In this document: piece after piece, positions 24,876 to 33,943 of the stretch | How positions within the stretch are numbered: the first letter of the stretch is position 1 | How the letters are laid out: every line of letters begins with the position of its first letter | Assembly: GCA_041497115.1 (NCBI GenBank) | Contig: JBGQFW010000013.1 | Span: 1,646 to 65,645 of the forward strand | DNA length: 64,000 nucleotides | From: Candidatus Methylomirabilia bacterium | GTDB taxonomy: Bacteria > Methylomirabilota > Methylomirabilia > Rokubacteriales > CSP1-6 | Direction: 5' to 3' | The notes under the pieces: model-generated | What the model saw: only the letters and a program-made list of their open reading frames with translations | Database searches by the model: none | Told to the model about the DNA's origin: nothing | Made by a program: the position numbers and the translations under genes

Positions 24876-25984
24876 GCCAGCGCCTCGCCGAGCGCCGCCA
24901 CCACGCGATCCACCTCGCCATCGGTCAGCGTCGGATAGCACGGCAGCGACAGCGCGCGCCGCCACAGGCGCTCGGCCTCGGGGAAGCCGGCCAGGCCGAG
25001 CGCCCGGTGGGCCGGACGGAACACCGGCCGCCGCGCCGCCACCGCGCGCGCGGCCAGGGCCGCCTGCACCGCGTCGGGCGCGCGCTCGATCTCCACGACG
25101 AAGCGATGGAACACGTGGCGCGGCCCGACGTCGGGCGGCAGCGCGCACGGCAGGCCGGCCAGCCGCGCGCGATAGCGCGCCGCCACCGCGCGGCGCCGCG
25201 CCACGAACGCGTCGAAGCGCGCGAGCTGGCTGCGGCCGAGCGCGGCGGCGAGGTCGGAGAGCTTGGCGTTGCCGCGCGGAACGAGGTCCTCGCGCTCGTC
25301 GTACTCTCTCAAGTCGCGCACGCGCGCCACCAGCGGCTCCGGCCCGGCCACCGCCCCGCCCTCGCCGGTGGTCAGCAGCTTCGTCGCGTAGAAGGAGCAC
25401 ACCGCCAGCGCGCCGGCCGCGCCCACCGGGCGGCCGTCCACGCGGGCCCCCAGCGCCTGGGCGCAGTCCTCGATCACCGGAACGCCGAGGGCGAGGAACG
25501 GCGCCAGATCCACCCCGAGGCCGAAGGCGTGCGGCACGATCACGCAGCGCGTGCGCGGGGTGAGGCGCGCGCGGGCGTCGGCGGCGGAGAGCGACAACGT
25601 CCCCCGGTCCGCGTCGGCCAGCACCGGCGTGGCGCCGACGCGGCGGACGGCGTGGTGGAGCGCGTCGCAGACGTAGGTCGGGATCACCACCTCGTGGCCG
25701 GGACCGACGTCGAGCGCGCGCAGCGCCAACTCGAGCGCGGCGCTGCCGGAGCTGACGGCCGCCGCCGCCTCGACGCCGAGCCGCCCGGCCAGCTCGCGCT
25801 CGAAGGCGGCGACCTCGGGGCCCTGGGCGACCCACCCCCGGCGGATCACGGCGGCCACGCGCTCGGCGTCGCTCTCGTCGAGGGTCGGGCGCGAGTGGGG
25901 GATCAGAGGTTGAGCAGGAGCCGCACCGACTGGAAGGCCTCGGCGTATTTCACCCGCGCCTGGATGCCGCGGAAGTTGGCGCAC
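24872..25984 (-). CDS. DegT/DnrJ/EryC1/StrS-family PLP-dependent sugar aminotransferase
   Basis: It reads IPHSRPTLDESDAERVAAVIRRGWVAQGPEVAAFERELA, and SFYATKLLTTGEGG contains the PLP lysine. GTG 25984 is the only canonical start, but it overlaps the PIG-L gene by 82 nt. The real start may be nearer 25905. Confidence 0.8.
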   Translation of the reverse strand: MRQLPRHPGAGEIRRGLPVGAAPAQPLIPHSRPTLDESDAERVAAVIRRGWVAQGPEVAAFERELAGRLGVEAAAAVSSGSAALELALRALDVGPGHEVVIPTYVCDALHHAVRRVGATPVLADADRGTLSLSAADARARLTPRTRCVIVPHAFGLGVDLAPFLALGVPVIEDCAQALGARVDGRPVGAAGALAVCSFYATKLLTTGEGGAVAGPEPLVARVRDLREYDEREDLVPRGNAKLSDLAAALGRSQLARFDAFVARRRAVAARYRARLAGLPCALPPDVGPRHVFHRFVVEIERAPDAVQAALAARAVAARRPVFRPAHRALGLAGFPEAERLWRRALSLPCYPTLTDGEVDRVVAALGEALA

Positions 25985-26517
25985 GACACCGCCAGCTCGA
26001 GGATCGTCAGGTCCTCGATGTTCGTCTTCGCCACCTGCGAGCGGTGCGCCTCCAGGCAGGCCAGCTTCTTGTCGAGGACCTTCTCGACGTCGGTGAAGCA
26101 GTTGGGAGTGAAGTTCTGCGTGGTCGGCCCCTCGTAGAAGAGGAAGTTGGGCACGTAGCGGGTGGCCGACATCGTCCCCTGCGCGAGGTTGCGGTGGTCC
26201 TGGTGCGTGTCGTCCCAGTAGTGGACGAAGATCATGCGCGGCTTGATCTTCCGGATGACCGACTCGATGCGCTGCACGAGCTCGCGGTTGAGCGGGATCT
26301 CGGTGTCGGGATACTCGCCCCAGAACACCTCGCGCGCGCCGATGACGAGCGACGAGTCGATCTGCTCCTGCCGGCGCACGGCGCCGTCGCCGCCCAGCGC
26401 GCCGTCGGAGGCGACGAACAGGTAGACGTCGTGGCCGCGCTCGGCGTACTTGGTGAGCATGCCGCCGCAGCCATACTCGATGTCGTCAGGATGCGCCCCG
26501 ATGGCCAGAACGTTCAT
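25903..26517 (-). CDS. PIG-L/LmbE-family N-acetyl-sugar deacetylase
   Basis: 204 aa starting MNVLAIGAHPDDIEYGCGG, with a DTHQDH zinc-ligand motif. Confidence 0.85.
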   Translation of the reverse strand: MNVLAIGAHPDDIEYGCGGMLTKYAERGHDVYLFVASDGALGGDGAVRRQEQIDSSLVIGAREVFWGEYPDTEIPLNRELVQRIESVIRKIKPRMIFVHYWDDTHQDHRNLAQGTMSATRYVPNFLFYEGPTTQNFTPNCFTDVEKVLDKKLACLEAHRSQVAKTNIEDLTILELAVSCANFRGIQARVKYAEAFQSVRLLLNL

Positions 26518-26538
26518 CGCACCTGATTGAGGGATAGA

Positions 26539-26606
26539 GGAGCGCTCCGGCTCCGCCGGGGCGCTCCGAACGTCGGGGGGCTTGGGGGGCCCGCTCGAGG
26601 CCCCCC
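26539..26606 (-). terminator. Two GC hairpins in the only sizeable spacer of the glycan operon (candidate internal terminator or processing site)
   Basis: GGGGGGCC-CGCTCGA-GGCCCCCC (26584-26606) is an 8-bp stem starting 5 nt after the WbqC stop on the minus strand. GGAGCGC...GCGCTCC (26539-26567) is a 7-bp stem. There is no U-tract. Confidence 0.35.
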
Positions 26607-26611
26607 ATTAG

Positions 26612-27307
26612 TTAGATCCAAGCATCGCCCCCACGCAGGATGCCCAGGGCCTCATCGCCGTGCGTCAATAATAGGTCAAGCCCCGAGAGAAATGGAGCGA
26701 ATTCCCCGTGCAGCTGCGCGTAGACCGGGTGCTGGTAGGCCTGGTAGCGCACGCTGATGCCGGCCGCCTCGAACCGGCCCGGGTCCATGTACCGGGCGCC
26801 GTCCTGCCCGGCCAGGTAGGTGTCGGCGCCGACCGCGCGGCAGATCGCGACGAGGCGCTCGCTGGGGTCGGCGGCGGTGACGCCGAGCGTGGAGGCCAGG
26901 CAGGCCGGCGTCGTGACGCCGACCGCCCGCGCCAGCCACTCGGCGCTGGCCACGGCCAGCGGCGCCAGCCGCTCCCACGGCGTCGCGTAGAGTCGCGCCA
27001 GCGCCTCGCGGTGCGCCGCCAGGGGCGGGGCCGCCGCGTAGGCCTCCTCGATCGCGCGCCGGTGGCGGGCGGCCCACGGCTGCGTCGCGTCCACGGTGAC
27101 CGCGTCGACCGGCGTGCCCAGGTGCGCGTGGACGGGCACGGTGAGCCAGCGCGGCCCCGCCGCCGTCTTGATGCGGTTGCGGTTCTGCCAGCCGTTCTTC
27201 TCGTACTGCACGGTGTCGAGAAAGACGAAGACGTCGGCGGCCGCCCACTTGGCGAGATAGCCGAGCCACGGCAGGTACTGCGGCTGGTGGATCGCGACGC
27301 GCGTCAC
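26612..27307 (-). CDS. WbqC-family protein (glycan-modification enzyme of unknown chemistry)
   Basis: 231 aa from GTG 27307, which forms a GTGA overlap with the upstream stop. It starts VTRVAIHQPQYLPWLGYLAKWAAADVFVFLDTVQYEKNGWQNRNRI, which is the WbqC N-terminal signature. Confidence 0.8.
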   Translation of the reverse strand: MTRVAIHQPQYLPWLGYLAKWAAADVFVFLDTVQYEKNGWQNRNRIKTAAGPRWLTVPVHAHLGTPVDAVTVDATQPWAARHRRAIEEAYAAAPPLAAHREALARLYATPWERLAPLAVASAEWLARAVGVTTPACLASTLGVTAADPSERLVAICRAVGADTYLAGQDGARYMDPGRFEAAGISVRYQAYQHPVYAQLHGEFAPFLSGLDLLLTHGDEALGILRGGDAWI

Positions 27308-28755
27308 TTGACGAAGATCGGGTTGGCGACCACGCGCTGCTCGGCGCCGCGCGCCTCCACCCGCACCACGCGCGGGGCGCCGTCGCCGACGAAGCGGTGG
27401 ACGGCGCGATAGGGCGTGGCCCCCCGCTCGAGCGCCTCGATGCGTCCGTTGACGATCAGCGCGACGCGCACGTCGTGGTGGCCGCCGTCGCTGGCCTCCA
27501 CCGCGACGCGGATCTCCACGGGCGTGCCGGCCGGCGCCGACAGCGTCTCGCCCATGCCCACGGTGGCGGCGCCGGCGGTGGCGGTGAACTCGGCGAGGTC
27601 GAAGCCGAGTGCGGGCGTGCGCCGCACCGCGTACATCCGCCCGCGGCGGAGCGCGTCGAGCACGCCCGCCTCGGAGCGGTCGGCGGCCAGGAACACGGTC
27701 TGGATCGGCCCCACCTGCTTGCCGGCGGTGTGGCCGTGGAAGCCCGACTCGGCCACCGCCCACGCCGGCCGGCTGCGCTCGCCGCGCACGTACTCGGCGA
27801 GCAGGCGGTCCCACCCCGCCCCCGGCTGCTCGAAGGTGCTGGTGTCCTCGTACACCGCGCCGAAGGCGGTGTAGCGGAAGGTCCGCAGCAGGTCGTCGGC
27901 GTACGGCTCGGTGAGCCAGCCCACGTGCACGGGGCCGAGGTACTGCTCGCCGACGTCGCGCGCCTCGGGCAGCGACCACACCGTCACCCCGCCCAGCCGG
28001 TCCACGTGATCGATGAGCGCCTGGTAGGGGGCCACGCCGAGGCTCTGCGAGGTCGGCAGCCCGTCGTCGGTGAGCGGCCACGCCCGCACGAGCGCCACCA
28101 CGCCGAGCGCGCACAGGGTCAGGCCGGGACCCCACGCGCGGCGGTGCACGACCACGACCGCCCCGGGACCGAGGCGGCGGCGCACGGGGCGGCGGCGCCA
28201 GAGCAGCAGCAAACCGGGGATCACCAGGAGCCCGGGCAGCGCGTCGAGCGCCGACTGCGCCGTGTAGCGGCCGGCCGCCGGGTTGCCGACCACGGGCAGC
28301 CCGCGCAGCGCCGCCGGGTCACTCACGCCGAACACGAGCAGGTTCTTCTGCACGTCGTGCACGGTCATGTCGAGCGCCAGCGGCGAGCCGGTCCAGTAGT
28401 AGTGCGGGATCACCTCCACGCCCGGGATCAGCAGCACGTGGGGCAGGCGCGCGCGCACCTCGGCCACGCGCGCCAGGTAGCGCTCGGGCGTCTCGCCGAC
28501 CGAGCGCTCCTCCCGCGACACGCGCGTGAGCGCGCGGAACGGCGGCAGCCCGTATTCCACGCGGGCCAGGTAGTTCTCGGACAGCAGGAGCGCGTCGATC
28601 CCCTGCGCGTCGGCGAGTCCGACCAGCCCCTCCAGCGCAAAGTCGCCGGTCGAGAGGTCGGAGTGCACGTGGACGACGCCGCGCACGCGCTCGAGCGCCG
28701 CCGCCGGCGCGGCGGCGAGGAGCCCCACCAGCGCGGCGAGCAGCGCGCGTCTCAC
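27304..28755 (-). CDS. Signal-peptide/TM protein with an N-terminal PHP-like (CehA/McbA-type metallohydrolase) motif
   Basis: 483 aa from GTG 28755 (GTGA overlap). It begins VRRALLAALVGLLAAAPAAALERVRGVVHVHSDLSTGDF. A central hydrophobic segment follows (LPGLLVIPGLLLLW...LTLCALGVVALV), then a C-terminal roughly 270-aa domain I cannot place. Confidence 0.55.
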   Translation of the reverse strand: MRRALLAALVGLLAAAPAAALERVRGVVHVHSDLSTGDFALEGLVGLADAQGIDALLLSENYLARVEYGLPPFRALTRVSREERSVGETPERYLARVAEVRARLPHVLLIPGVEVIPHYYWTGSPLALDMTVHDVQKNLLVFGVSDPAALRGLPVVGNPAAGRYTAQSALDALPGLLVIPGLLLLWRRRPVRRRLGPGAVVVVHRRAWGPGLTLCALGVVALVRAWPLTDDGLPTSQSLGVAPYQALIDHVDRLGGVTVWSLPEARDVGEQYLGPVHVGWLTEPYADDLLRTFRYTAFGAVYEDTSTFEQPGAGWDRLLAEYVRGERSRPAWAVAESGFHGHTAGKQVGPIQTVFLAADRSEAGVLDALRRGRMYAVRRTPALGFDLAEFTATAGAATVGMGETLSAPAGTPVEIRVAVEASDGGHHDVRVALIVNGRIEALERGATPYRAVHRFVGDGAPRVVRVEARGAEQRVVANPIFVK

Positions 28756-29909
28756 CGGCGAAGCCCCCGGGCGCGGGCCAGCGCCTCGTAGATGCCGATC
28801 CAGGCGGCGGCGGCCACCTCCGTCGAGAACGCCTCGGCGCGCGGCCGGGCGGCGGCGCCGAGCTTGGCCCGCAGGGCGCCATCCGCGCCGAGGTCGGCGA
28901 GGGCGCCGGCGAGCGCGGCCGGGTCGTCGGGCGGCACCAGGCGCCCGCACTCGCCGTCCACGATCACGTCGGGGATGCCGCCCACCGTGGTGCCGACGAC
29001 CGGCAGACCGAGCGCCATCGCCTCCACCAGAACGCGGCCCATCCCCTCGTTGCGGGAGGGCGCCGCCAGCACGTCGGCGGCGGCCAGGTGGGCGGTGACG
29101 TCGCCCACCGCGCCGGTGACGCTCACGCGGTCGGCCATGCCGAGCGCTGCCGCGCGCGCCTCGAGCGCCGCGCGCTCCTCGCCGTCGCCGACGAGCAGCA
29201 GGCGCGCGCCCGGCACGCGGGCCACCACGCCCGGCAGTGCCGCCACGAGGACGTCGAACCCCTTGATGGGCACGAGCCGTCCGACGCCGGCCACGACGAA
29301 CGCATCGGGCGCCAGCCCCAGGCGCGCGCGCGCCGCTGTCCGCGACGGCGCCGCCGCCCGCAGCGCCGCGGTCGGCACGCCGCTCGGCGCCACCGCCCAC
29401 TGCGCCGGCCGCCCGATCCCCCGCGCCAGGTGCTCCTGCGCCTCGCGCGGGGTGAGCGCCACCAGCGTGTCGGTCCAGCGCGCGGCCAGCCGCTCGAGCG
29501 CCACGAACAGCGCGGTGCGCCGCGGCCCCCAGTAGCCGTAGAAGACGTGGCCGTGCGGCTGGTGGATGACCGCGGGAACGCCGGCCAGCCGCGCCGCCAG
29601 CCGTCCCACGAAGCCGGCCTTGGAGGTGTGGGTGTGCACGACGGCCGGGCGGGCGCGGCGGAAGAGGCGCGCGAGCGCGATCACCGCGGCGAGATCGCGG
29701 ACGGGACGCACCTCGCGGCCGAGCGGGCGGATCTCGACGACGCGGCAGCCGCGCCGGCGCGCGTCGGCCACGGTGGCCGCCTCGGACTCGGGGCCGAGCG
29801 CCAGCGTGCACGACCAGCCGGCGCGCTCGAGCGCCTCGATCGTCGCCACGGTGTTCTCCGACGAGCCGCCCAGCGTCAGGCGCGTGATGACGTGGACGAC
29901 CGGGATCAC
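28752..29909 (-). CDS. Glycosyltransferase family 4 (GT-B fold)
   Basis: 385 aa from GTG 29909 (GTGA overlap). It begins VIPVVHVITRLTLGGSSENT. The C-terminal motif is PSRNEGMGRVLVEAMALGLPVVGT. Confidence 0.85.
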   Translation of the reverse strand: MIPVVHVITRLTLGGSSENTVATIEALERAGWSCTLALGPESEAATVADARRRGCRVVEIRPLGREVRPVRDLAAVIALARLFRRARPAVVHTHTSKAGFVGRLAARLAGVPAVIHQPHGHVFYGYWGPRRTALFVALERLAARWTDTLVALTPREAQEHLARGIGRPAQWAVAPSGVPTAALRAAAPSRTAARARLGLAPDAFVVAGVGRLVPIKGFDVLVAALPGVVARVPGARLLLVGDGEERAALEARAAALGMADRVSVTGAVGDVTAHLAAADVLAAPSRNEGMGRVLVEAMALGLPVVGTTVGGIPDVIVDGECGRLVPPDDPAALAGALADLGADGALRAKLGAAARPRAEAFSTEVAAAAWIGIYEALARARGLRR

Positions 29910-32023
29910 GCTGACGTCCCGGCGCGCCGGCGCGCGTAGACCTCGATGGAGGGACCCACGAGCCACCGCCCGCCGGAGAGCGCCGAGACCACCGTGGCGG
30001 CGCCGCCGGTCAGCGCGCGCACGGCCGCCAGCCCGAGCGCCGCCGCGCCCGACCCCGGCCGCGGCGCGGGGCCGGCGAGCGCCGAGTTGACCGTCTCCAC
30101 CACCTCGAAGCCGCCGCGCTCAACCAGCCGCCGGAGCGCCGCCGGGCCGAAGGCGAAGACGTGCAGGACCGGGTAGACGTCCCAGCCGCGCCAGCGCACG
30201 AACGGACCCAGCCGGCCGAGCACGCCGGCCCAGGGCGCGTGGAAGCTGCCGTTGGGCACGCGCACGATCAGCACCCCGCCCGCTCTCAGCACGCGCGCCG
30301 CCTCGCGCACGACCGCCAGCGGGCGCGTCGTATGGTCCAGCACATTGACGAGCGCGACGGCGTCGAGCGTGCCGCTCGCGAACGGCAGCGCGTCGGCGTC
30401 GGCCTGGGCGACCGGGGCCGCCACCGCGCGGCGCGCCGCCGCGCACGCTTCGCGCGAGAGGTCGGTGCCGATCGGGCGCCACCCCTGCTCGGCGGCGGCC
30501 GCCATGAAGTGGCCGCCGCCGCAGCCGACGTCGAGCAGGCGGCCGGGCGCGGCGCGGCGGGCGAGACGCGCGAGCAGCGACTCCATCATCTCGCGCCGCG
30601 GCGCCTCGATGTGGCCGGGCGGGAACCGCCGCGGATAGCGGATCTCGTACTCGCTCAGCATCTCCGAGTCGCTCGGCAGCGTGGCGATGCGCCGCGCGCG
30701 GCAGCGCGGGCAGCGTCGGAAGCGCCGGCCCTCGTAGAGGAGGCGCGAGGCGCGCATCGGCGCCCCGCACGCCTCGCACGGCTCGGCGGCGTCGGCGACG
30801 GGCGCACCCTGCGCGGCCAGCCCCGCCAGCACGCGCTCGAGCCCGGCCACCACGTGGTCCCAGCCGTAGCGCGCCGCGGCGTGGCGGCGGCAGGCCGCGC
30901 GCAGCCGCTCGGCCCCGGCGGGATCGCGCCGCTGGCGGTCGAGGAACGCCAGCACGTCGGCCGCCATCGCCGCGGCGCCGCCCGCGCCGAACATCAATCC
31001 CGGATCGATCGGCTCCAGCAGCTCGGGGGTGGCGCCCACGCGCGTGCCCAGCACCGGCGTGCCGCAGGCGAGCGCCTCCACGGTGACGAGGCCGAACCCC
31101 TCCAGCTCACGCGTGGGCAGCACGAACACGTCGGCCGCCTGGTAGTAGCGCGGCAGGTCGGCCTCGGCGACGAAGCCGAGGAACGTCACCTGCTTGTCGA
31201 GGCCGAGCGCGCGCGCCTGCGCCTCGAGCGCCGGCCGCAGCGAGCCGGCGCCGCCGATCAGCAGGTGCGCGTCCGGCGCCCCCCGCGCGACGACGGCCAT
31301 CGCGCTCAGGAGCGTGTCGAGGCCCATGCGCGTCTCGAGGTTGCGCACGGTGAGCAGGAGCGGCCGGTCGATCGGCAGCCCCAGCTCCGCGCGCACGCGC
31401 CGCCGGTCGGGCGCCGGGTGGAACCGGTCGAGGTCGGCGCCCCCCGGGATCTTCACGATGCGCTCGGCCGGAATGCGGTAGAGCTTCCAGAGCAGCGCCG
31501 CCGAGAAATCGCTGAGCACGTGGATCCGGGTGGCGCGCATGAGGCACGCGCGCTCGATGAGCCAGAGCGTGAGCATGCCGGCGGCCCCGGCGGCGCCGCC
31601 GAGGTGATGCGCGGTCATGCGCCGGCGCGAGCGGTACTCCAGCGGCGCCGGCGAGTGGAAGGTGTAGAGGGACGGCCGGCGGCGGCCGAGCGGCGAGCCG
31701 AGCACGCCCCACCCCGAGAGCGGCTGGTGCAGGTGCAGCACGTCGGCCTCGGCCAGGAGCGGCGCCGCCGCGCGGCGCGCCTCCAGCACCGCGCTGCGCA
31801 GGAAGCCCACCAGCGAGCGCCGGCTGGAGGCGAACTGCACGATCTCCACCCCCTCGCGCCGGGCGGTGCGCGGCGGCTCGCCGGCGGGTCCCCGGCTCAG
31901 GATGCGCACGGCGTGGCCGCGGGCGGCCAGTCGCCGCGCCGCCTCCCACAGCACGCGCTCGGCGCCGCCCTCCAGCGCCAGCGCCGAGACGTCGGACACG
32001 GTCAGCACGCGCAAGCGGCTCAC
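29906..32023 (-). CDS. Fusion protein: GT4 glycosyltransferase, CxxC...CxxC zinc ribbon, and class I SAM-dependent methyltransferase
   Basis: 705 aa from GTG 32023 (GTGA overlap with the asnB stop), with no stop between domains. The GT4 part (about 30785-32023) has PTRELEGFGLVTVEALACGTPVLG. The ribbon is CEACGAPM...CPRCRA. The methyltransferase part (about 29909-30700) has LLDVGCGGGHF and LRAGGVLIVRVPN. Confidence 0.8.
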   Translation of the reverse strand: MSRLRVLTVSDVSALALEGGAERVLWEAARRLAARGHAVRILSRGPAGEPPRTARREGVEIVQFASSRRSLVGFLRSAVLEARRAAAPLLAEADVLHLHQPLSGWGVLGSPLGRRRPSLYTFHSPAPLEYRSRRRMTAHHLGGAAGAAGMLTLWLIERACLMRATRIHVLSDFSAALLWKLYRIPAERIVKIPGGADLDRFHPAPDRRRVRAELGLPIDRPLLLTVRNLETRMGLDTLLSAMAVVARGAPDAHLLIGGAGSLRPALEAQARALGLDKQVTFLGFVAEADLPRYYQAADVFVLPTRELEGFGLVTVEALACGTPVLGTRVGATPELLEPIDPGLMFGAGGAAAMAADVLAFLDRQRRDPAGAERLRAACRRHAAARYGWDHVVAGLERVLAGLAAQGAPVADAAEPCEACGAPMRASRLLYEGRRFRRCPRCRARRIATLPSDSEMLSEYEIRYPRRFPPGHIEAPRREMMESLLARLARRAAPGRLLDVGCGGGHFMAAAAEQGWRPIGTDLSREACAAARRAVAAPVAQADADALPFASGTLDAVALVNVLDHTTRPLAVVREAARVLRAGGVLIVRVPNGSFHAPWAGVLGRLGPFVRWRGWDVYPVLHVFAFGPAALRRLVERGGFEVVETVNSALAGPAPRPGSGAAALGLAAVRALTGGAATVVSALSGGRWLVGPSIEVYARRRAGTSA

Positions 32024-33927
32024 ACGAGCCTCCACTGCCCGCCCCGGTCGAGATACTCGCGCAGCCAGAGCTCGGCCATCATCAGCGTCCACAACCGATC
32101 GGCGTGCGAGCGGCGGCCGGCGAGATGCTCGGCCTTCATCGCCTCCACCGCCGCCACGCGGAACATGCCGCGGGCGCGCACCCGCTCGGGGCCGAGCAGA
32201 TCCTCCAGCAGCGGGCGCAGGTCGGTGCGCAGCCAGCGGGCGAGCGGGATCATGAACCCCTGCTTGCGATGGCCGAGCACGGCGGGCGGCAGCACGTCGG
32301 CGTAGGCCGCCTTGAGGAGCCCCTTGAGCCGGAAGCCGCGCGTCTTCACCGAGGGGGCCAGCGCCAGGCTCGTCTCGATGAGGCGGTGGTCGCAGAACGG
32401 CGCCCGCAGCTCGAGCGAGCTCGCCATGGACATGCGGTCGGCCATGACGAGCAGGTCGCCGGGCAGGTAGGTCGCGAGATCCACGCGGAAGGCGCCGTCC
32501 ATCGCCTCGCCGTGGCCCCGGTCGCGCCACGCCTGGCGCGCCTCGGCGTCGGGGTCGCCGGCGAGCTGCGCGAGCAGCCCCGGCGTGGCCAGCGCGGCCA
32601 GCGCCGGCTCGTCGAAGAAGCGGGTCCACGCGAAGTAGCGCTCGGGCAGCGGCCGCTCGCCTCCGGCGACGAAGCGCACGACCCAGTCGTGCAGGTCGCG
32701 GCTCGTGAAGGACGCGGGCAGCGCCCGGGTGGCGAGCGCGCCGAGCGCGCCCCGCAGGGGGCGCGGCAGGCGCGCCCACCTCTCGGACACCGACACGCCG
32801 AGGTAGCGCGGGTAGCCGGCGAACGTCTCGTCGCCGCCGATGCCCGAGAGCGCCACCTTCACGTGACGGGCGGTGGCGGCGGCGACGGCGAAAGTGGCGA
32901 TCGCCGAGGAGTCGGCGAACGGCTCGTCGAAGGCGCGCACGATCACCGGCGCCAGCTCGGCCGCCTTCGGCTCGAGGACCTCCTCGTGGTGCTCGGTCGC
33001 GAAGCGGGCGGCCACCTGGCGGGCGTAGGGCAGCTCGTCGTACGACGCCGCCGTCGTCCCGAAGCCGACGGAGAAGGTGGCGATGCGGCCGCTCGTCGCC
33101 TCCCGCATGGCGGCGACCACCACGCTCGAGTCCACGCCGCCCGAGAGGAAGACGCCGAGCGGCACGTCGCTCTCCAGCCGCAGCCGGACCGCCTCGCGGA
33201 TCTCGTCGCGCAGCCGCTCGCGGAGCTCGGGTCCCGCGACGGGCGAGGCGCCGGCCGGCGGGCCCGGCGGCAGCGTCCAGTAGCGGCGCGGGGCGAGCGC
33301 GCCGGCCGCCAGCGTGGCGGTGTGGCCGGGGGGGAGCTTGGCGATGCCCACGAACGCCGAGCGCGCGGAGGGCGTGTAGCCGTAGGCGAGATAGTGGTGG
33401 AGCGCGGTGAAGTCCACCGAGCGCCCCGGCCCCGGGTGGCGGAAGAGCGCCTTGATCTCCGAGGCAAAGACCAGCGTGCCGCCGCCCTGCCAGTAATAGA
33501 GCGGCTTCTTGCCGACGCGATCGCGGGCGAGGAACAGCGAGCGCCGGCGGGCGTCCCAGATCGCGAACGCGAACATCCCGCGCAGCCGCTCGACGCACGC
33601 CTCGCCGTCCGCCTCCCACGCGCGCAGGACGACCTCGGTGTCGCTCTGCGTGCGGAAGCGGTGGCCGCGCGCCTCGAGGTCGGCGCGGACGGCGCGGAAG
33701 TTGTAGATCTCGCCGTTGTAGACGATCGTGGCGGCGCCGTCGTCGCTGCGCATCGGCTGGCGGCCGGTGACGAGGTCGATGATCGCCAGCCGGGTCATGC
33801 CGAGCGCGACGCCGTCGCCCTCGTGGACGCCGCGGTCGTCGGGGCCGCGGTGCTCGAGCGTCGCCAGCATGGCGTCGAGCACCGCGCGCGAGGGCGTCGG
33901 GCCGACGATGCCGGCGATGCCGCACAT
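32020..33927 (-). CDS. asnB: Asparagine synthase (glutamine-hydrolysing), AsnB-type amidotransferase of the kind found in EPS loci
   Basis: 635 aa starting MCGIAGIV (Ntn Cys2). The PP-loop is FLSGGVDSS. Confidence 0.9.
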   Translation of the reverse strand: MCGIAGIVGPTPSRAVLDAMLATLEHRGPDDRGVHEGDGVALGMTRLAIIDLVTGRQPMRSDDGAATIVYNGEIYNFRAVRADLEARGHRFRTQSDTEVVLRAWEADGEACVERLRGMFAFAIWDARRRSLFLARDRVGKKPLYYWQGGGTLVFASEIKALFRHPGPGRSVDFTALHHYLAYGYTPSARSAFVGIAKLPPGHTATLAAGALAPRRYWTLPPGPPAGASPVAGPELRERLRDEIREAVRLRLESDVPLGVFLSGGVDSSVVVAAMREATSGRIATFSVGFGTTAASYDELPYARQVAARFATEHHEEVLEPKAAELAPVIVRAFDEPFADSSAIATFAVAAATARHVKVALSGIGGDETFAGYPRYLGVSVSERWARLPRPLRGALGALATRALPASFTSRDLHDWVVRFVAGGERPLPERYFAWTRFFDEPALAALATPGLLAQLAGDPDAEARQAWRDRGHGEAMDGAFRVDLATYLPGDLLVMADRMSMASSLELRAPFCDHRLIETSLALAPSVKTRGFRLKGLLKAAYADVLPPAVLGHRKQGFMIPLARWLRTDLRPLLEDLLGPERVRARGMFRVAAVEAMKAEHLAGRRSHADRLWTLMMAELWLREYLDRGGQWRLV

Positions 33928-33943
33928 CAGCCGGCCCGTCCCG

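Noticed and set aside
29906-33925. ORF-track entries that fuse several genes into one long minus-strand ORF (29906..33925, 33944..36616, 35068..37896, 36606..39218, 39501..41411, 40535..42673, 41671..43782, 42567..44660, 44135..46069)
   Set aside because: Only the C-terminal part of each has protein-like sequence. The N-terminal parts overlap the upstream gene in another frame. In each case an in-frame GTG or ATG sits exactly on the upstream stop (GTGA or ATGA) or within a few nucleotides of it. These were taken as the real starts.
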